Position numbers and translations under genes: made by a program. Positions 46,491 through 61,864 of a stretch of 64,000 nt of DNA are shown here, piece after piece. The stretch lies in the NCBI RefSeq assembly GCF_009914755.1, contig NC_060931.1; one strand, written 5' to 3'. This stretch comes from the human T2T-CHM13v2.0 reference genome, Homo sapiens. The first letter of the stretch is position 1. Each line of letters starts with the position of its first letter. Under the pieces are notes generated by a model, which did no database searches, was not told where the DNA came from, and worked only from the letters and a program-made list of their open reading frames with translations.

Positions 46491-49400
46491 CAGTAAAGTG
46501 ACAAGAAAATACACTGTGGAAAAGATAGTATCTTCAATAAATGGTGCTAGGAAAACTGGATAACTATATGCAGAAGCATGAAACTAGATCCCTATCTCTA
46601 GCCATATACAAAAATCAAATCAAAATGGATTAAAGACTTGAATGTAAGACCTCAAACTATGCAACTACTACGAGAAAACATTGGGAAAAATCTCCAGGAC
46701 ATTGGTCTGGGCAAAAATTTCTTGAGTATTACCCCACAAGCACAGGCAACCAAGGCAAAAATGGACAAATGGGATCACATCAAGTTTTTTAAAATGTCTG
46801 CACAGCAAAGGAAACTATAAACAAAGTGAAGAGACAACCCACAGAATGGGAGAATATATTTGCAAACTACCCATCTGACAAGGAATTAATAACCAGAGCT
46901 CAAACAACTCTAAAAAAAAGAGCTGAAACAATTCTATAAAAAATCTAATAATCTAATCAAAAATGGGCAAAAGATTTGAATAGATGTTTTTCAAAAGAAG
47001 ACATACAAGTGGCAAACAGGTATATGAAAAGGTGCTCAATGTCATTGATCATCAGAGAAATGCAAATGAAAACTACAATGAGATATCATTTCACCCCAGT
47101 TAAAATGATTTTTATCCCAAAGACAGGCAATAACAAATTCTGGCAAGGATGTGGAGAAAAGGGAACTCTTGTACACTGTTGGTGAAAATGTAAATTAGCA
47201 TAATCACTATGGAGAACAGTTTGGAAGCTCCTCAAAGAACTAAAAGTTGAGCTACCATATGATCCAGCAATCCCACTGCTCGTTATATAACCAAAAGAAA
47301 GGAAATCAGTATATTGAAGAGATATTCTGCACTCCCATGTTTATTGCAGCACTGTTCACAACAGCCAAGATTTGGAAGCAACCTAAGCACCCATGATGAA
47401 TGGATAAAGAAAATGTGGTACTTATACACAATGGAGTGCTATTGGGCCATAAAAAAGAATGAGATCCAGTCATTTGCAACAACATGGATGGAAATGGAAG
47501 GCATTATGTTAAATAAAACAAGCCAGGCACAGAAAGACAAACATCACATGTTCTCATTTATTTGTGGGATCTAAAAATCAAATTAATTGAACTCATAGAG
47601 AGAGGAAGATTGCCAGAGGATGGGAGGGGTAGGGTAGGTGGGGGGTGAGGGGGAGGTGAGGATGGTTAATGGGCACAAAAAAATAGAAAGAGTAAGACCT
47701 GCTATTTGACAACACAACAAGGTGACTATAGTCAATAACTTGATTGTATATTTAAAAATAAGTAAAAGAATATAATTGGATTATTTGTAACACATAAAAT
47801 AAATGCTTGAGGGGATCACCCCATTCTCCATGATGTGATTATTACATATTGCATGCCTGTATCAAAACATCTCATGTACCCCATAAATATATATACCTAC
47901 TATGTACCCACAAAAGTTAAAAATAAAAAAATGTAAATCAACTGTAAAAAATAAATTTAAAAATGAGCAAGAAAAAGCAGGTAACAGTAAATATAGTAAG
48001 TAGATACAGCAGAATTAGCCATCAACTAAGTGAAGGTATATGAGCAATAATCTAAAATATTGTAAGATAAATACATTCGAAATGGTTAAAGAGACAAACC
48101 AAAGAATAGAAACTGTAACAAAAGAATAAAAACATAAAACAGAAGTTGAAAATGAGTATAATTTTTTCAAAAGCCAGTGAAATGAAATACCGAATGAACC
48201 AATTAAACAGAAGATGGATCTTTACTGAAGAGGTAAATCTGAGAGAATGAACCAGAAACCAAGACAGAGAGTATAACAGAGGGAGTAAGCCAGGAAGGCA
48301 TGAGATGTGAGAAACAAAGAAAGAAACTCAGGATCAGGGAGGAAACAAAGGGACTCTTGAAAATGAGGGTAAAAGGAGATCCCAGGAGGGTAGCTGTGTA
48401 TTAAGCATGGAGGGCAAACAGTCCAGACCAGTCACTGTGTGACTAGAGACAGACACTGAGGATGCCCCCACCGTGTCTTCTGCTGCTGCATCATCTGATG
48501 ACATGCTCCACCAGAACGAGCAAGCCCACCAAGCAACGCTCAAAATCCAGGAAATAAAGAACCCAACTCAAGGAATTCCCAGGAGGAGGCTGTGCAGCAG
48601 CCCAGAGAGAGGTGTTCGGGGGTGATGCTTCTAAGAAAACCAAAATGCAGCATGTATATTATTGATGTGATTGAACTTGTAGAAAAAAAAAAAAGAAAAG
48701 AAAAAGAGCATGAAGAAGCCATTGTAAAGTGTGAAAGGGGTAGAAATAGGGACAAAGACCAGCAAACTGAAAGGAAAAAAAAAGACATCATTAACTTCAG
48801 AAAAAGACAAAAAGAATGTAAATATACATCTACACACTACAGTGCTTAGCCTAAGCAATATTTGCATGGGCACAATATTATAAACATGGAATAGTCAATT
48901 ACGCAAACGTTGTGATATATTCTCTAGTGGGAATATGGGAGAAGGGAGGCAGAAGTCGTGGTGGTATGAGAAAACTAAACTCTTAAATATCATTATAGAA
49001 TGTTTACAGAATGGCTCATATTGATAAATCAAAAGAAAGCATGACACACGTGTAATTTAGAAATACGGAGATGCGTAAATGCCAGAAATAAAAAGCTGAG
49101 ATTGTTGGAAGTAATGGCAGAAGAGGACTGAGGGAAAGGATGAGGAGAAACCCCCATAATTTGCTCCAAGCCCTTCAATAACATTTGACTTTTAAACTTA
49201 TGTACATAAGTTACTTTAATTTAAAAAAATTTTTGAAAATAAATCAGTGCTATGTTGTCTGAAAAAGCAGAGACATGATGCTCCTGTTGCTTTCCTCCTT
49301 CTGCTATGATTCACTGAGGCAGGTTACGTTTTAAGATTTCAGGAACTAATGGAGCAGCACATATTAAACATATTCCCTGGCTTGTGCCCCAGCTACAGTC

Positions 49401-49814
49401 TGGTGGTGACCTTACTTCTAAGGACTTTGTCGTGCAATTTGCTAATCCTTTTCTCGTACCACTGCTTTCAAGCTCAACTGAGCACACTGCCTCCTTTAGC
49501 TACAGGTAATGCAATTTTAGTGCTGAAAGGATAAAGAGCATTCTGGAATCACATACAGAAAACTTCTGCTTGATTTAATTGTTGTGTTGCTGAAAACAGA
49601 TTCATAGCAAGTTGTTGTATATTAAATATTCTACAGTAAATTTTAACGTTATGTTATTGGGAGTCGGGGAGGAACTGGCCCCAAACTACAATAATGACAG
49701 TGTTCTGTAAGACTTTCTACCATTACTTCCAAAAAGCACTTAGAATGGATTGATGTATAGAGTTTGTTCACATACTTTTCCCACACAGCCAATGAAAGAC
49801 ATTAGTCAAAGAGA

Positions 49815-50010
49815 AATGGACATTTACTGGTGCTTATTATGTGTCAGGTACTGTGCTAGGGACTTTAATAAATGCATTGTGTACTTTAATTCTGGCAACC
49901 ACTCAGAAAAGTAGATGGTATCGTACCCACTTTACAGATAAGGAAACCAGAGCCTAAAGATATTAAGTAATTTTCCCAAAGCCACACAGCTAGTAATTCA
50001 AACCAACCAT
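49815..50010 (-). mobile_element. MIR
   Basis: catttactggtgcttattatgtgtcagg...cccactttacagataaggaaaccagag. Confidence 0.8.
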
Positions 50011-51172
50011 CGAGTCTTTCCACAAAAAAAAGTATGTAATTACAATTCCTAGAGTTAATTTGAGCTTTGTTTTGAGTGCCCTATGATTCCATAGGGCTTA
50101 ATACTTAAGCAGCCACATATGACTTAACATTATTTTCAGTAAGAAACTTAGAAGACAATGATCTACTAGAATTTTAAAAATACTACTATTTCTTTTGATG
50201 TAATAGCCTTCATACTAACAAATGTTTATTAATGTGGTGATTAACTAAACGCCAGCATGAGATTTGAATATCCATATTAGAAGAACACCATATCAGGGGC
50301 AGAGTAACACAAACCTAACCAACATAACTCCACCTCTTCTGGTCCTTTAACCGTAAACAAATGGCTTCAACTTTCACAGATAAAACTGTAGGACTGGTAG
50401 TTCCTATCTCTTATGGTAGCTCTGGCCATTAGAAGTGGGAAACCCATCGTAAAAATTCAAAATGTACTATTATAATAAAAGGTCTATCAGTGCAGCTAAA
50501 GCAGCTCCTCTCTCTAGGTAAGCACAGTTACACCAAATGCATGAGCCTGATGCTAAGTGAGAGTGCACAGTATGAGATTCACCTGTGGTAGCACTGAGCA
50601 AAGATGAGCTCCCAAAACTTTGCTTGAGCCTCCCGACAGCCTGTGACTTAGGAAAGCAGCCATGTTTTAAGTCCTGCCAACTATGTCCATCTGACATTGG
50701 CCTTGATACAGGTTAGGAAACCAAAAGATTCACTTCCTGCATCATGTTACCCTTCCATCAGATATCTACCTTCTACCTGTGCACCTGTGACGTAATGTGC
50801 TGACACATCGACAAACCACAAGAGAGAAAATAAGACCTGGCAAATGGAGCATAACCAAATCAGTGCTTTGAAAAGGGATATTAACAACAGCAGGTAGCAG
50901 GTCACCTTCTAAAGGAGCTAGGCTACCCCAGCTTTGACCTGGAACCAGGTGATCAGCTAGAGAACATTGCCTTGGAGGGTAACACGTGACTTCTACTCAC
51001 ATCAATGATTTTCTAACAAATAACTAAGTTGAATTATCTTTGTTTTCTAAGAGAGTATGGACACGTTGTGAAGCCTTATTTGAGGATTTCATGCCCTCCA
51101 AGTCGTTCATTTATTCCCTAAGTACAATATTTAAGAAAATCTCAGCAGCCATTCTCTGATAGGTCATTATTC

Positions 51173-51280
51173 TGCCCCATCTGTATCCTATCACCCAACT
51201 TTATCTCCTTCAAAGGCATTACAATATGCCCCATCTGTATCCTATCACCCAACTTTATCTCCTTCAAAGGCATTACAATA
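51173..51280. repeat. Perfect 2 x 54-bp tandem duplication
   Basis: 51173-51226 is identical to 51227-51280. Confidence 0.97.
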
Positions 51281-51589
51281 TAATATTCTTCCAATGTGGT
51301 AACAACAAAACAAAAATGTATCAGATACTTTGGTTTACATGTTGTACTCACATTTCAGAATTAAAGAAAATCAAGCTATTATTACAAGTAATGACAAATT
51401 GGATTGTATTCTTTGCCATTTTTATTACATTTGCTTTTACAAGTCAGTAGTGTTATAATCAATGAAGCATTGATTTGTATGCATTCTATGGTATCTCATT
51501 CAACAATACTGAAAACCATTATTGCTGGGTGCCACACCAGGTGCTAAAGATTCATCAATGAGATGTCTTAGCACTCATGGAGAAACACA

Positions 51590-51855
51590 CAGCACAGTGA
51601 TTAGTTAGGTCCCGGGACTTGGAAGCCAGTCTTTCTGGGGTCAGACGCTGGTCCTTTAAGCTTCCCAGCTGTGTGGCCTTAGGAACATAAAGTAAGTTCT
51701 TGATGTCTCAGTTTCCTCACCTGTTATAATAATAGTGTCTGTTTCAGAGGGCTTTTAGGAACATTAAATGAGATAATGTTTACATTATGTTTTATGTTTA
51801 CAGTTTATCATGGAGCTGTACCTGATACATAGGAAACATCATGTAAATGATCATT
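51590..51855 (+). mobile_element. MIR
   Basis: cagctgtgtggccttagga...tctcagtttcctcacctgt...attaaatgagataatg. Confidence 0.8.
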
Positions 51856-52894
51856 AAAAATGAAACTCACTTTCTAGTGAGGGAGTCTCATAATAAACAA
51901 ATAAATAAGAAAATTATAGTCAATGGGACAAACACCAAGCAAACCATTTACAATAGAATTAAAACACACTCATTTCTATCAGTGGCAGGCTAGGTTATTT
52001 GGATGAATTCTCCTGCTGAGAACTGGGCACAGAAACAACTCCAGTTTTGACAGTCCCTGGAGCAAAAGCGACCAATTAAACCCAAGGTTAACCAAAAATA
52101 GATTAATAGGAGATTCTCCTAAATCAGGGTATAGGCAAACCAGAAGTAAACCATACCCATATCCACCCACAAGACTGCACAGACAGTTAAGTTACTTTGG
52201 CACAAAAAGGAGGTTGTAGGGGAGGGAAAAATGAATGGACTGATCCCTGGGAGGGTGACTATGGGCTAGCAGTGCTCCTATGGATCAGTTGTTTTGTCCA
52301 AGAAACCTCAAGCCACGAACTCAGTGTTCATGTCTGGTAACTCCCCTAACCTCTTGAAAATCCTTTCTAGAGTAAGTCACCTTTGTCTTAGGCCTTAAAT
52401 TTTCCAAAAATAATTTTTAAAGTAGAATGAGGAACACAAAATAGTATCTAAGAATATCAAGAAACAAGACCCTATGAGTGGAAACTGGCAGGAAAAAAAA
52501 AAAAAGACCAAAGAAACACCTTCAAAGACTTCAGATTTTTTAATGTATCAGCCAAAGATTATAAAATAACTGTTTAGTATGTTTAAAGTTTAAAAATACA
52601 AGTTTAAAAATATCTTCAAGGAATAGAAAAGTATAGCGTCCTATTTGAAATAAGACTAGATAGAACATTTAGAAAAGAAAAAGTTAAAATGTATAAATTA
52701 ATGAAGGAATTTAACAGATGTTTAGATGCAGCAGAAGACAGAATTAATGAACTGTCACATAGATCAGAAAGAATTCTCTAGAATGCATCAAAGAAGGCAA
52801 AAAATAAAAAAGAGTAGGTTAAGAAGCATGGTAGGGGAGACTGAGAAGGTGTAACAAATGTCTAATTGGGATTCCAGAAAAAGAAAAGAAAGAG

Positions 52895-53208
52895 GGCCAG
52901 GCTGGGTGTCTCACACCTGTAATCCCAGCACTCTGGGAGACCAAGGCTAGCAGATTGCTTGGTCCAAGGGGATCAAGAACAGCCTGGGCAACATGGCAAA
53001 ACCCTGTCTCTACAGAAAGTACAACAAATTAGCCAGGTTTGGCGCCTTGTGCCTGTAGTCCCAGCTACTCAGGAGGCTGAGGTGGGAAGATCGACTGAGC
53101 CCAGGAGGTCAAGGCTGCAGTAAGCCGTGATCGCGCCACTACACTCCAGCCTGGGTGAAAGAGTGAGACTCTGTCTCAAAAAAAATAAAAAATAAAAAAT
53201 AAAAATAA
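52895..53208 (+). mobile_element. AluJ
   Basis: Full dimer with gaagatcgactgagcccaggaggtcaaggctgc and (AAAAAT)n tail. Confidence 0.92.
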
Positions 53209-53289
53209 AGAATAGAATGGGGAAGAGAGTATGTTTGAAGAGATAATAGTTGAAAATTTTCTAAAACTGAAATAAGAAGCCTATAATCC

Positions 53290-53937
53290 AGAGCTGTGGG
53301 ACCATGGCAGTAGCAGAGGAACAGAATCCAGAGGATGGAGAAGAGGATGAAGGAGGAGGGAGAACAGTTAGTTCTCATGGAATTATCAGGAATTATTGAT
53401 TCAGACTTTCTCTCGAAATGTGAAAATAAATGCAAAATTTTGAGAATTGACACCAAGAGGCCCTTTCTGCAAGTGGACAGCTATGTCTTGGCTGGGGAGT
53501 CTGAAGACACTCTTGGGACGTGTGTCACATTTGAAGAAAATGTTGAACATGTGGATAGAGAGGGCAAGGAGTACACAGTGCTAAAATACAAGTGCAATAC
53601 ATGGAAGATGTCAGCATGACAAGAACTCTTCTGACAGAGAAGGAAGGAGGAGAAAACAGGTGAGGTGGAATGGCTGTAAATCAAGGATAAGGATTTCTCC
53701 TCTAGACCCAACATGATTTGTAGCTTTCTACATAAAAATGAAGATGAAGAAGTGATAGCTTTGGCCTCAGATAAACCTTTGGAATTGGAAGGAAGATTCA
53801 AATGAAAGACAGTTCAAACCTGAGTTGTGAACAGGAGAAGCCGCTGCAAGTGGACATAGAGGATTCTGGTCCTCCTCATGACATCCCTTCTGAGACAGAA
53901 GCTTCTGTGTTTATAGAAACTTAAGATGCTGCCTTAG
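53290..53937 (+). pseudogene. GTF3C6: Processed pseudogene of GTF3C6 (TFIIIC subunit 6)
   Basis: Intronless; ATG in accATGg at 53304 (MAVAEEQNPEDGEEDE), frameshift, then EQLVLMELSGIIDSDFLSKCENKCKILRIDTKRPFLQVDS...EDTLGTCVTFEENVEH...TVLKYKC, further frameshifts/stops, ending ...atgctgccttag (MLP*) at 53937; matches recalled GTF3C6 protein (symbol is the parent gene). Confidence 0.93.
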
Positions 53938-54204
53938 AAGTCACTCCTAATGAAATGTTTCTCATAATAATGCATTATGAGCTTTCTGGTGTTCTTATAT
54001 AAAGATATCCAGCTGTATAGCTTTCAGCTGTTCACTATTTTATTGTGTTTTGTTGGCTATACACACATATCCAGTCACATCACAGCTTATTTTACCAGAA
54101 TCACTCAGGACCAGACATGAATTGAATTTTTTAAAATTCAGCTTAAATGACTTTAGGGACAGTTCTCTGATGAGTCCTTTAAATTCAAGGTTTTACTAAG
54201 GTAA

Positions 54205-54810
54205 GTACATAAGTTTTCTATTGTAGCTGTTACAAATGACCACAAACTCCGTGGCTGAAAACAACAAAATGTATCATCATAGTTTTGTAGGTCGGAAATC
54301 TGACACTGGTCTTAACTGAGCTAAATTCAAGATGCTGGCAGGACTGCATTCCTTTATGGAGGCTGGGGGCAGGTTAGGGGGCCATAAATCCATTTCCTTG
54401 CTTATTCAGTTGTTGGCAGAATTCAGTTCTTTACAGTTGAAGAATCAAAGTCTCATTTCCTTGCTGTCTGCCAGCGGAGGGCCATTTCTAGCTTCCAGAG
54501 GCTGCCCGCATTTCTTGGCTCATGGTCTCCTTTTCTTCAGAGCTAGCAATGGTGGGTCATGTCCCCTTTCCTGTTACTTCCTCATCATACCTCTCTCTGA
54601 CCTACCCTTTTGTCTTCTATTCCACTTTTAAAGGTCCATTTGATTATGATTACATTGGGCCCACTTGAATAATTTCTCTATTTTAAGGTCTATAACCTTA
54701 ATTCCATCTGCAAAGTCTCTTTTGCTGCATAATTTATAACATATACAGGCATAAAACTAGGGACTGGGGCATGGAAATCTTTTGGGAGACCATTTTTCAG
54801 TCTACTATAA
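54205..54810. mobile_element. MLT1-family MaLR LTR
   Basis: gctgttacaaatgaccacaaactccgtggctgaaaacaac...gttggcagaattcagttct...ccatctgcaaagtctctttt. Confidence 0.8.
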
Positions 54811-55020
54811 TATGTATTTTATCTAGAAACAGAAAAAGAATTTTGAAGTGCTTAAAGATAAAGGTACAATTCCTAATATTCCAGCTGTCAATCCACTCTT
54901 TTTTCACTTGAGCAAGATTGCTGGAATTCAACTGTAATCTTGATTTTATTAGGGCAGTAACCTAAATCTGTGATAATTTGTATTTTTAAGTAAATTATTC
55001 ACAAATATAGATACAGTATT

Positions 55021-55097
55021 ATAGGTTGAGCTGTATTAAATTGTCAATATTTGTATCTGACTACAAAAAAACAGCAATTTCACCTAGTTTAGCCTAG
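55021..55097. mobile_element. MADE2-like mariner MITE
   Basis: taggttga...aaattg / caatttc...tagccta imperfect terminal inverted repeats over ~80 bp. Confidence 0.5.
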
Positions 55098-55322
55098 GTG
55101 AAATTAATAGTTAAAACACACCTCACATTAATCACATCTCACAATTGATGGAGATGTAACTATTTTAACGGGTTAGAGAACTAATGTTCTGGAGGAGGAA
55201 TTTGTTTCTTCAAAAAAATCTTGTATTTAATTGGAAAACAACTTACCTTGATAAAAAGCATTTTCAAATCATAAGCACATATATCTTCCCAGGTTTTATA
55301 CGACTTTTTTAGTCTCAGCTTT

Positions 55323-55686
55323 TGTATTAGTCCATTCTCACACTACGAATAAAGACATACCTGAGACTGGGTAATTTATAAAGAAAAAGAGGTATAATGG
55401 ACTCACAGCTCCACATGACTGGGGAGGCCTCACAATCATGATGGAAGGTGAAGGAGGAACAAAGGCATATCTTCCATGGCAGCAGGCAAGAGACCATGTG
55501 CAGATGAACTGCCCTTTATAAAACCATCAGATCTCATGAGGCTTATTCACAATCATAATAACAGCACAGGAAAAACCCACTCTATAATTCAATTACCTCC
55601 CACCAGGTCCCTCCCACCACATGTGGGGATTATAGGAGCTAAAATTCAAGATGAGATTTGGGTGGGGACACAGCCAAACCATACCA
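55323..55686. mobile_element. THE1 (C-like) solo LTR
   Basis: tgtattagtccattctcacac...gggtggggacacagccaaaccatacca; TSD gcttt/gcatt. Confidence 0.9.
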
Positions 55687-55689
55687 GCA

Positions 55690-56010
<321 letters not shown>

Positions 56011-56054
56011 TAATGTCAGCATTTAATAAGAAGCTATTGTTCCCACCATATATA

Positions 56055-57420
<1,366 letters not shown>

Positions 57421-57457
57421 TATGTATTTTTAAAAACATGAAAAATATTAAAAAGCA

Positions 57458-57573
57458 GACCAGGTACAGTAGTTCATTCCTGTAATCCCAACACTTTGAG
57501 AGGCCAAGGTGGGAAGATTGCTTGAGGACAGGAGTTCAAGACCAGCTGGGCAACACAGCAAGACACCTGTCTC
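57458..57573 (+). mobile_element. FLAM / free left Alu monomer
   Basis: cctgtaatcccaacactttgagaggccaagg...ggagttcaagaccagc...gtctc. Confidence 0.8.
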
Positions 57574-58199
57574 TTTTTTTTTTAAAGAAAGTATAAAGAA
57601 GTGGAAGATTCTTGAAATGCGTAATTATGCAAAAGAAACTGATCTACACTATAATGTACTTCTACTTTAAATTGAAGAGGAAAATAAAGTCTTAAATTCT
57701 GAAGGGAAAAAAAGCAGCATATAATCCCAAACGGTATAAAAATAAAAAGAAATCCATACTTAGACACATTACAGTGATACTAAAGAAAACCTAAGGCAAG
57801 GAGAAAAAATATCTTAATAGCAGCAGAGGGAAAAAAGAAAGTACCGGTCACCTTCAAAAGAGGGACAAATTGACAGCTGACCTCTCAGCAGAAATAATGT
57901 AAGCCTAAAGACAGTGAAATAATGTATATTCAATGTACTAAAAGAAAATAACTGCCAACCTAAAATTCTATACACAACAAAAATATCATATCAGTATTAG
58001 GACAAAATATCAGACAGCAGCTAAAAAGAGCTCACCACCAGCCAATCCTCACTTAAAGAAAATCTAAAGGATGTATTTCAGAGAGAAGTATTCTCAGATA
58101 GAAACTACGAGATACAAGAAGGAATAAACAGCAAAAATAGAATAAGTGTAAACCACTGAATAAAGAACAGCAATCTTCATTAAATAATTATGCTATGGA

Positions 58200-59820
58200 A
58201 GTACCATATGGTTTCGTTGGGGGTAAGGGGATTGTCAAGGAATGTTTCACTGAGGGTGACAGAGGTCACTGTGGCTGGAGGGGAAGAGAGGATTGAGGTG
58301 GGGCTGAAGAATTAGGTTATATAGGTCATATATAATTATATAGGACTTTATGAGTGATGTCACTTCTTATCCCACATGCAAGGGGGCACTGTTGTGGGGT
58401 TATAAGCAGGGAGATAAGGTTAAATTGTTACTCTGGGTACCATAAGATACAGGATGAAGCAGGGCAAAAGTGGACAGAGGGTTTCAAGTTAGGTTGTTTT
58501 TGTGGTTGCAATTGAGAGATGATAGTTTAGATTACAGAGAAGCAACGGAAATGGAGGGTGGTAGTTGGATGCAAGAGGCATTCAAGAAAGAGAGTTGACA
58601 GGCTTTAGGACACACTGGATGTGAGACTCCGCAGAGGGAGAAACCAAGAAGGACACTGCTATAGACTGAACGGTTATGTCCACCCAAAGTTCCTACGTTG
58701 AAACTTAATCCCCAATGCAATGGTATTTAGAGGCGAGGCCTTTGGGAGGGGATTAGATCATGAAAGCTGAGCCTTCATGAATGGGATTAGTATCCTCATA
58801 AAGGAGAACCTAAAGAGCTCCCTCACCCTTTTCACTTTGTGAAGACAAAGCAAGAAGACAGCCGTCTATGAATCAGAACATGGGTCTTCACCCGACACCA
58901 AATCTGGCGGTACCTTAATTCCCAGCCTCCAGAACTGTGAGAAAAAAATTTCTATTGTTGGTAAACCAGCCAGTGTTTGGTATTTTGCTATAACAGCCCA
59001 AATGGACAAGACAGACACCTTAGTTTCTGGTTTGCATTACTGGCTAGATGTGGTACCAGTCACTTAGACCTGCAATAAGGGCAGGTAGCAGAAGAGGAGA
59101 CAATGTTGGGACACCCTATTTTACACTTATTTAGCTTTATGTGCCTTTAAGACAGTCAAGCAGAAATGTCAAAGAACTAGTTAAATACTTAGACCTGGAA
59201 TTCAGAGAAGCCCAAGCTAAAGATATAAATTCAAAAGTCATCTTCACAGAAATAAAACCTGAAGCCATGGGCATAGCAACGATGACCAGAAAAGGACTTA
59301 GGACTGAACCTCAAGAACTCTAACATCCTGAAGTGTTAAGAAGCTTGAGCTCTGGAGTCAGGTTGCCTGATTTTGGATCCTGGCTCTACTAACCACAGGC
59401 TGTTTTGCCCTCTCTGAGTACCACTGACATCCTCTGTAAAATAGCGGATGGATGCTAAGAGGATTATATAATACATGGAGAGCACCTACCATGGTATCTG
59501 TCTCATGGTAACAGCTCCAAAGCTTAGCTTTATTCATAATATGACAGGAAAGGAGAGGATAGACTGGGAAAGGAGACAAAGCAGCAGCCAGAGAGAAAAA
59601 GAAGAAAAGACAGAACGGTGAATGTTTTCAGGAAGAGCCAGCAGTGTTGATGTTGCAGATAGTTCAAAAAGATGAGGACTGATAAATGTCCTATAAGCCC
59701 GGGGACCCTAGAGAAACCATGTTAGAAGGAGAGGGGTACAGATGCCAGATTGGAGTTTGGGTGAGAAAATGGAGACAGCAAGTGTAGAAGACACATCTGA
59801 GAGTTGGACTAACAAAGGGC
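58200..59820 (-). mobile_element. L2 remnant hosting an MLT1A LTR and a MIR (~59345-59530)
   Basis: Purine-rich antisense L2 motifs continuing across the LTR. Confidence 0.6.
58657..59013 (+). mobile_element. MLT1A-like solo LTR
   Basis: tgctatagactgaa...cagcccaaatggacaagaca; perfect 5-bp TSD gacac (58652-58656, 59014-59018). Confidence 0.88.
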
Positions 59821-60882
59821 GAATAAAAATATCAATAGGTTCCTATGGAGAAGGGGGAGGAGGGGCAAGGAGGGCTGTTACTCTAAGAAAGAGGCACCAA
59901 CAGATATCTCCCAGTCCTTGCCTGTGGGACAGCTGACTCAGCAGATAGTGAGTTCCTCATTCCCAGCACTGATCACACAGACACTGGATGACCATTTGTT
60001 AAGACGGGTGAACAGGGAGGCTGATGACTTGCAGACCTATGATTCAGGGAAAGGGCTCGTGAGACACAGGGACTAGGAGTGGGGTCAGGAAGAGTCAGCT
60101 GGTGTTGATGAATTGCAGAGAAAGGTGGCATTGGGCAAAGAAATCAGCCTTGCTTAGGTCAAGTAGTACTCAGGGAAAATGTGTAGAACTGAAATAATTA
60201 GTAATGTTTTGTGACTATAATTTTTGAACTTCTAGATGTGCATGTGTGTTAACCTGACAAGGTACAGGATGAGATGCTGTAAAAAGTGGATTCCAATTTC
60301 ATGCATGGGTAAAATCCCCACTCTCTAAATCCACAACACTGATGCATATACACAGAAAGAAGAAAAGAAATCGTAAAGTACTCATACATTGATGACTATA
60401 AAGAAAAAGGACAGGAGAGATACATGCGTAATTTCCAAAAGCTGGAGGAGTCCATAGAAGAAAGGAATGAAGAAAGGGAGGGAAAGGAAAAAATGAAAAG
60501 AGTAAACATGAAAACAAGTGGCAAAAAGCTCAAAAGGACTAACACCAAAACATTAACCAGGCTCATCCCTGAATGAAAAGAACATAGGTGATTCTTATTT
60601 TCTTCATTTTGATTAGCTAGATTTCTATATTTCTTTAAATTTCTCATCTTGTTTTTCTCTTTGCCTAGTTCCCAATACAGATGCTTCAAAGGAAGATAAT
60701 ACATTTCTCAACCTACCATTCAATGCCAGATTTGCTAAGAGAGCAGATGCCATGTTAACCTGTAAAAATCTGATTTTAATTGCTAGTGCAATGCTTGTCC
60801 TCTAATAATTCCTTCTCTATTGTCTTTGAGTATAAATATTTATTGCACTTAAAGGTTCAATTTAATTTTTTAAAAGAAGCAA

Positions 60883-61173
<291 letters not shown>

Positions 61174-61864
61174 GCTAATTTTTTAAAAGAAAAAGAAAAA
61201 ATGTGTCCTCACCCAAATCATCAATGCATTTTTGAAAAATAATGACAAGATAAATTAAGAAATGTAAGCATTGTCCAGTTAAAGCATATGTCAATATTGT
61301 AACATTAAAAGTCATCTACTATTAACTAAATAGATGAATCAACTTTTAAATGCATCTATCATGTAAGATGTCTAGCTTAACAATACAGAGCTGTAGGGCC
61401 AGACCATGTCCTCCTTGTAGAACCAAACAATATGATTCCCAGATCAATAGTTACAGAACACAACTATACTTGTAATACTAACCATTTGTGTGTGTGTGTG
61501 TGTCTTGGTGGGGAGAGATTAAAACAGTTCTAGATGCAAAAATGGAGAAAAATAAGTCTTAATTGTTTAACACTGTCTTTAAAAGTCAAATTACACTGAT
61601 ATCTCAGATAATCTGATGAACCTCACCTTTTGGTCTTACCCCCAGTTTACTTATCCATGCACTATACATATGTTTTATCTACCCATTCCCTTAACTCAAA
61701 ATTTTACAGATGCATTCTCTGCCTCTAAAAACTTGCCCATCACTTTAACATTTCACTAAATCCTCCTTCTGGGAAGAACTTTTCATATTAGTCCAAAAAA
61801 ATGTGGCAATATTAGCTTTTTTCCCTTTTGGACAATATCGTCTCTTCCTCTAACTAAAATAGTC

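Larger units (their letters stand above)
40050..47959 (+). mobile_element. Full-length L1MA1/2-like element (~7.9 kb), decayed
   Basis: ccaagatggc start, ~2 kb 5'UTR, ORF1 remnant ~42060-43120, ORF2 remnant ~43630-47570, 3' end ctactatgtacccacaaaag; TSD aaaatgagcaaga (40037-40049, 47960-47972). Confidence 0.92.

Noticed and set aside
47620-47662. G-quadruplex-like tract (also at ~36286-36302)
   Set aside because: Standard G-rich tract of L1 3'UTRs.
53335-53619. 94-aa ORF as a functional GTF3C6 retrogene
   Set aside because: The true ATG (53304) is out of frame with it, and the downstream part has further frameshifts and stops; called a pseudogene.
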